Shown here piece after piece: positions 63,916 through 63,963 of a DNA stretch of 63,963 bases. Below the pieces are notes generated by a model, which saw only the letters and a list, made by a program, of their open reading frames with translations, did no database searches and was not told the DNA's origin. Numbering within the stretch: position 1 is the first letter of the stretch; every line of letters begins with the position of its first letter. Where the stretch lies: NCBI RefSeq assembly GCF_004010195.1, contig NC_057719.1:32114315-32178277 (forward strand), read 5' to 3'. The position numbers and the translations under genes were made by a program. The stretch is from Chiloscyllium plagiosum (lineage: Eukaryota).

Positions 63916-63963
63916 CTAAGTTGTGGGTCAAACAGAGGAATTGAGTTGATGAAAGAATTGGGG

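Overview
Vertebrate nuclear DNA, almost certainly from a shark or other elasmobranch. The evidence is HE1-type tRNA-derived SINEs, their partner CR1 LINEs, and abundant Penelope-like element (PLE) tails. No host protein-coding gene can be supported, so the window looks like a large intron or gene desert; a large share is decayed transposons. These include CR1, a second CR1/L2-group LINE, an RTE LINE with a 5' inversion and a 12-bp target-site duplication (TSD), Penelope GIY-YIG remnants, short PLE tails carrying minimal hammerhead-like cores (often as inverted dimers), Gypsy LTR remnants (one Gmr1-type), Harbinger remnants and a Tigger end. There are two assembly gaps. The outstanding anomaly is an ~883-bp insert (32813-33695) that splits one unit of a 31-bp minisatellite. 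It holds five near-identical, CpG-rich, highly self-complementary 115-bp units plus a ~290-bp block of nested direct and inverted repeats resembling an LTR U3/promoter or a replication origin. I cannot assign it to a known family. All family calls are by eye, without database searches, and boundaries of old repeats are approximate.
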